This document shows, piece after piece, positions 62,264 to 64,000 of a stretch of DNA of 64,000 bases (within the stretch, counting starts at the first letter, position 1; each line of letters begins with the position of its first letter). The stretch covers positions 19,400-83,399 of the forward strand of contig JAGWBV010000003.1 in assembly GCA_021295715.1 (NCBI GenBank). Direction: 5' to 3'. The DNA is from Candidatus Poribacteria bacterium (GTDB taxonomy: Bacteria; Poribacteria; WGA-4E; WGA-3G). The position numbers were made by a program, and so were the translations under genes. The notes below the pieces were generated by a model. That model saw only the letters and a list, made by a program, of their open reading frames with translations. It ran no database searches and was not told the DNA's origin.

Positions 62264-63706
62264 CTACGTCGGATTCGATAAGACCCAGGTATCTTTGCTG
62301 CCACCACCTTGAGAGGAGTTGACGACCAAGGATCCCTTTTTGAGTGCGACCCGTGTTAACCCACCCGGAAGCACATAGATATCTTCGCCGTAGAGGATAA
62401 AGGGGCGCAAATCGACGTGCCGTCCTTCAAAATGGTCGTCAATCAGCACCGGCACCCGTGAAAGCGAGAGTGTCGGTTGGGCGATGTAGTTGCGCGGGTT
62501 GTCTTTGATGCGGCGTGCAAATTCTTCGCGTTCTGCTTTGGTTGAATGCGGGCCGATCAACATCCCGTAGCCGCCAGACTGGTTTGCTTCCTTCACAACG
62601 AGTTCTTCGAGATGCTCCAGAACGTATTTTCGATCTGTGTCTTCCCAGCACATATAGGTCGGGACGTTTGGGACGATAATGTCTTCGTCGAGGTAGTACT
62701 TGATAATCTTTGGCACGAACGAACAGACGACTTTGTCGTCGGCGACGCAAGTCCCCGGGGCATTGACCAAAGCAACGCGCCCTGCTTTGTAAACATCCAT
62801 TAACCCTGGGACACCCAACATTGATTCAGGATTAAGCACGGTTGGGTCAAGGAAATCGTCGTTAATGCGGCGATAGATCACATCAACACGCTCAAAACCT
62901 TTTGTCGTCCGCATGTGAACGAACCCGTCCACCACGACGAGATCGCGTCCTTCAACTAATTCAACCCCCATCTGTTGTGCAAGGAAGGAATGTTCAAAGT
63001 AGGCAGAATTGTAAATACCGGGTGTAAGCAAGGCAACTTCGGGAGACAGCACTTTGTCAGTCACAAGATACCGGAGCATATTCAGGAGTTGACTCGGGTA
63101 TTCCTCCACAGGTTGAATCTGGGACATCCCAAAAAGTTGTGGAAAGGTCCGTTTCATTAACTGCCGATTTTCCACGACGTAAGAAACCCCGGATGGACAC
63201 CCAAGATTATCTTCTAATACATAGATTTGTCCGTCGCCATCACGAACCAAATCCGTTCCGGTGATATGGCACCAAACGCCGCGCGGTGGATTCAAACCTA
63301 TGCATTGCTGTAGGTATCGTTCCGATGAAAGCACAACGTCCGCTGGGACAACGCCATCCTTGAGAATCTTCTGATCGTGGTAAACGTCGTCAATGAATAA
63401 ATTCAGGGCGTGGATGCGCTGTTTGAGCCCGCGTTCTATCCAGTTCCATTCGCTGGCATTAATAATTCTCGGGATAAGATCGAAAGGAAATATTTTTTCG
63501 ATACCCTGTTCGTCGGCATAGACGTTGAAGGTTATGCCCATTCGGAGCAAGGCGTGTTCAGCGGCAATTTGGCGGCGATTTAACTCGCCTTCAGGAAAAC
63601 TTTCAATGCGTTCTACCAGCATCTGAACAGCAGGACGGGCATTTCCGTCTGGCGTGAACATCTCATCATAAAATCCATCAGTATTGTATCCATCAAATCC
63701 TGTCAT
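62264..63706 (-). CDS. Circularly permuted type-2 ATP-grasp protein (DUF404/DUF407-type)
   Basis: Motifs DEMFTPDGNARP, RMGITFNVY, LEDNLGCPSGVSYVVENR, YFEHSFLAQQMGVELVEGRDLVV and LVNAPGTCVADDK. GGGAGG RBS. Confidence 0.85.
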   Translation of the reverse strand: MTGFDGYNTDGFYDEMFTPDGNARPAVQMLVERIESFPEGELNRRQIAAEHALLRMGITFNVYADEQGIEKIFPFDLIPRIINASEWNWIERGLKQRIHALNLFIDDVYHDQKILKDGVVPADVVLSSERYLQQCIGLNPPRGVWCHITGTDLVRDGDGQIYVLEDNLGCPSGVSYVVENRQLMKRTFPQLFGMSQIQPVEEYPSQLLNMLRYLVTDKVLSPEVALLTPGIYNSAYFEHSFLAQQMGVELVEGRDLVVVDGFVHMRTTKGFERVDVIYRRINDDFLDPTVLNPESMLGVPGLMDVYKAGRVALVNAPGTCVADDKVVCSFVPKIIKYYLDEDIIVPNVPTYMCWEDTDRKYVLEHLEELVVKEANQSGGYGMLIGPHSTKAEREEFARRIKDNPRNYIAQPTLSLSRVPVLIDDHFEGRHVDLRPFILYGEDIYVLPGGLTRVALKKGSLVVNSSQGGGSKDTWVLSNPT

Positions 63707-64000
63707 TGCAATGAGCCTCCCTACCTCGCACTGTCAAGAATTCAGTGATTTCGCAGCGAGATGCAAAAATACTAAGGACTACGGGTTGCGGATCACCTAA
63801 GCCGTTGTGTAAAACCTGCCAAAACCTCAAGAACCTATCAAAACCTATAGGTCTTTGAGTTTGTGTCTACTTCCTGCTTCTTCGTTTCGTGCCTCTCAAA
63901 CAAGGTCTTACTGAAACTCCACAGGCGTTTTACGTCTCCTCGCAACTCGTGGCGACAGTTAAAGGTCAAGCGGGACACAGGTTGATAGCCGCGTTGAGGT

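Overview
This is a 64-kb chromosomal segment from a Gram-negative-type bacterium with about 50 protein genes. I recognised no rRNA, tRNA or CRISPR array. The gene content includes a sulfatase, an FGE-family enzyme, two PhyH dioxygenases, four Gfo/Idh/MocA oxidoreductases and a uronate-isomerase-like enzyme. That mix resembles marine or sponge-associated heterotrophs, but taxonomy cannot be settled from this window.

Layout by coordinate:
- 0-9.7 kb: oxidoreductases, a VWA membrane protein, Uma2, sulfatase, MoxR, argG.
- 9.7-13.5 kb: an orphan gene of about 1,000 aa followed by a structured AT-rich non-coding region.
- 13.5-17.2 kb: beta-propeller protein, lipoate ligase, FGE-like enzyme, PhyH.
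- 17.7-25.7 kb: two TonB-dependent receptors, a DUF5916/CBM9-like protein and TonB.
- 25.8-29.4 kb: purF, a small membrane ORF, purM and an orphan FliG-like gene.
- 30-46.5 kb: housekeeping and transport genes, four of which (der, an AI-2E transporter, a DAACS symporter, aspS) carry large insertions.
- 46.9-49.3 kb: gap-tpiA-secG.
- 52.4-63.7 kb: a duplicated cluster of circularly permuted ATP-grasp, alpha-E and transglutaminase genes, split by a truncated tnpB remnant.

Main hunting results:
1. The orphan PrimPol-like/Cys-cluster/wHTH giant gene and its promoter- and hairpin-rich downstream region.
2. A MITE-like repeat family whose 20-nt terminal repeat abuts the start codon of five unrelated genes in the same register.
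3. The functionally uncharacterised ATP-grasp/alpha-E/transglutaminase system, interrupted by a promoter-bearing, RuvC-truncated TnpB.
4. An orphan FliG-like gene coupled to the pur operon.
5. A CTG-initiated outer-membrane receptor.
6. A 148-codon open frame with no canonical start next to a MITE.

All family assignments rest on motif recognition by eye. No searches were run.
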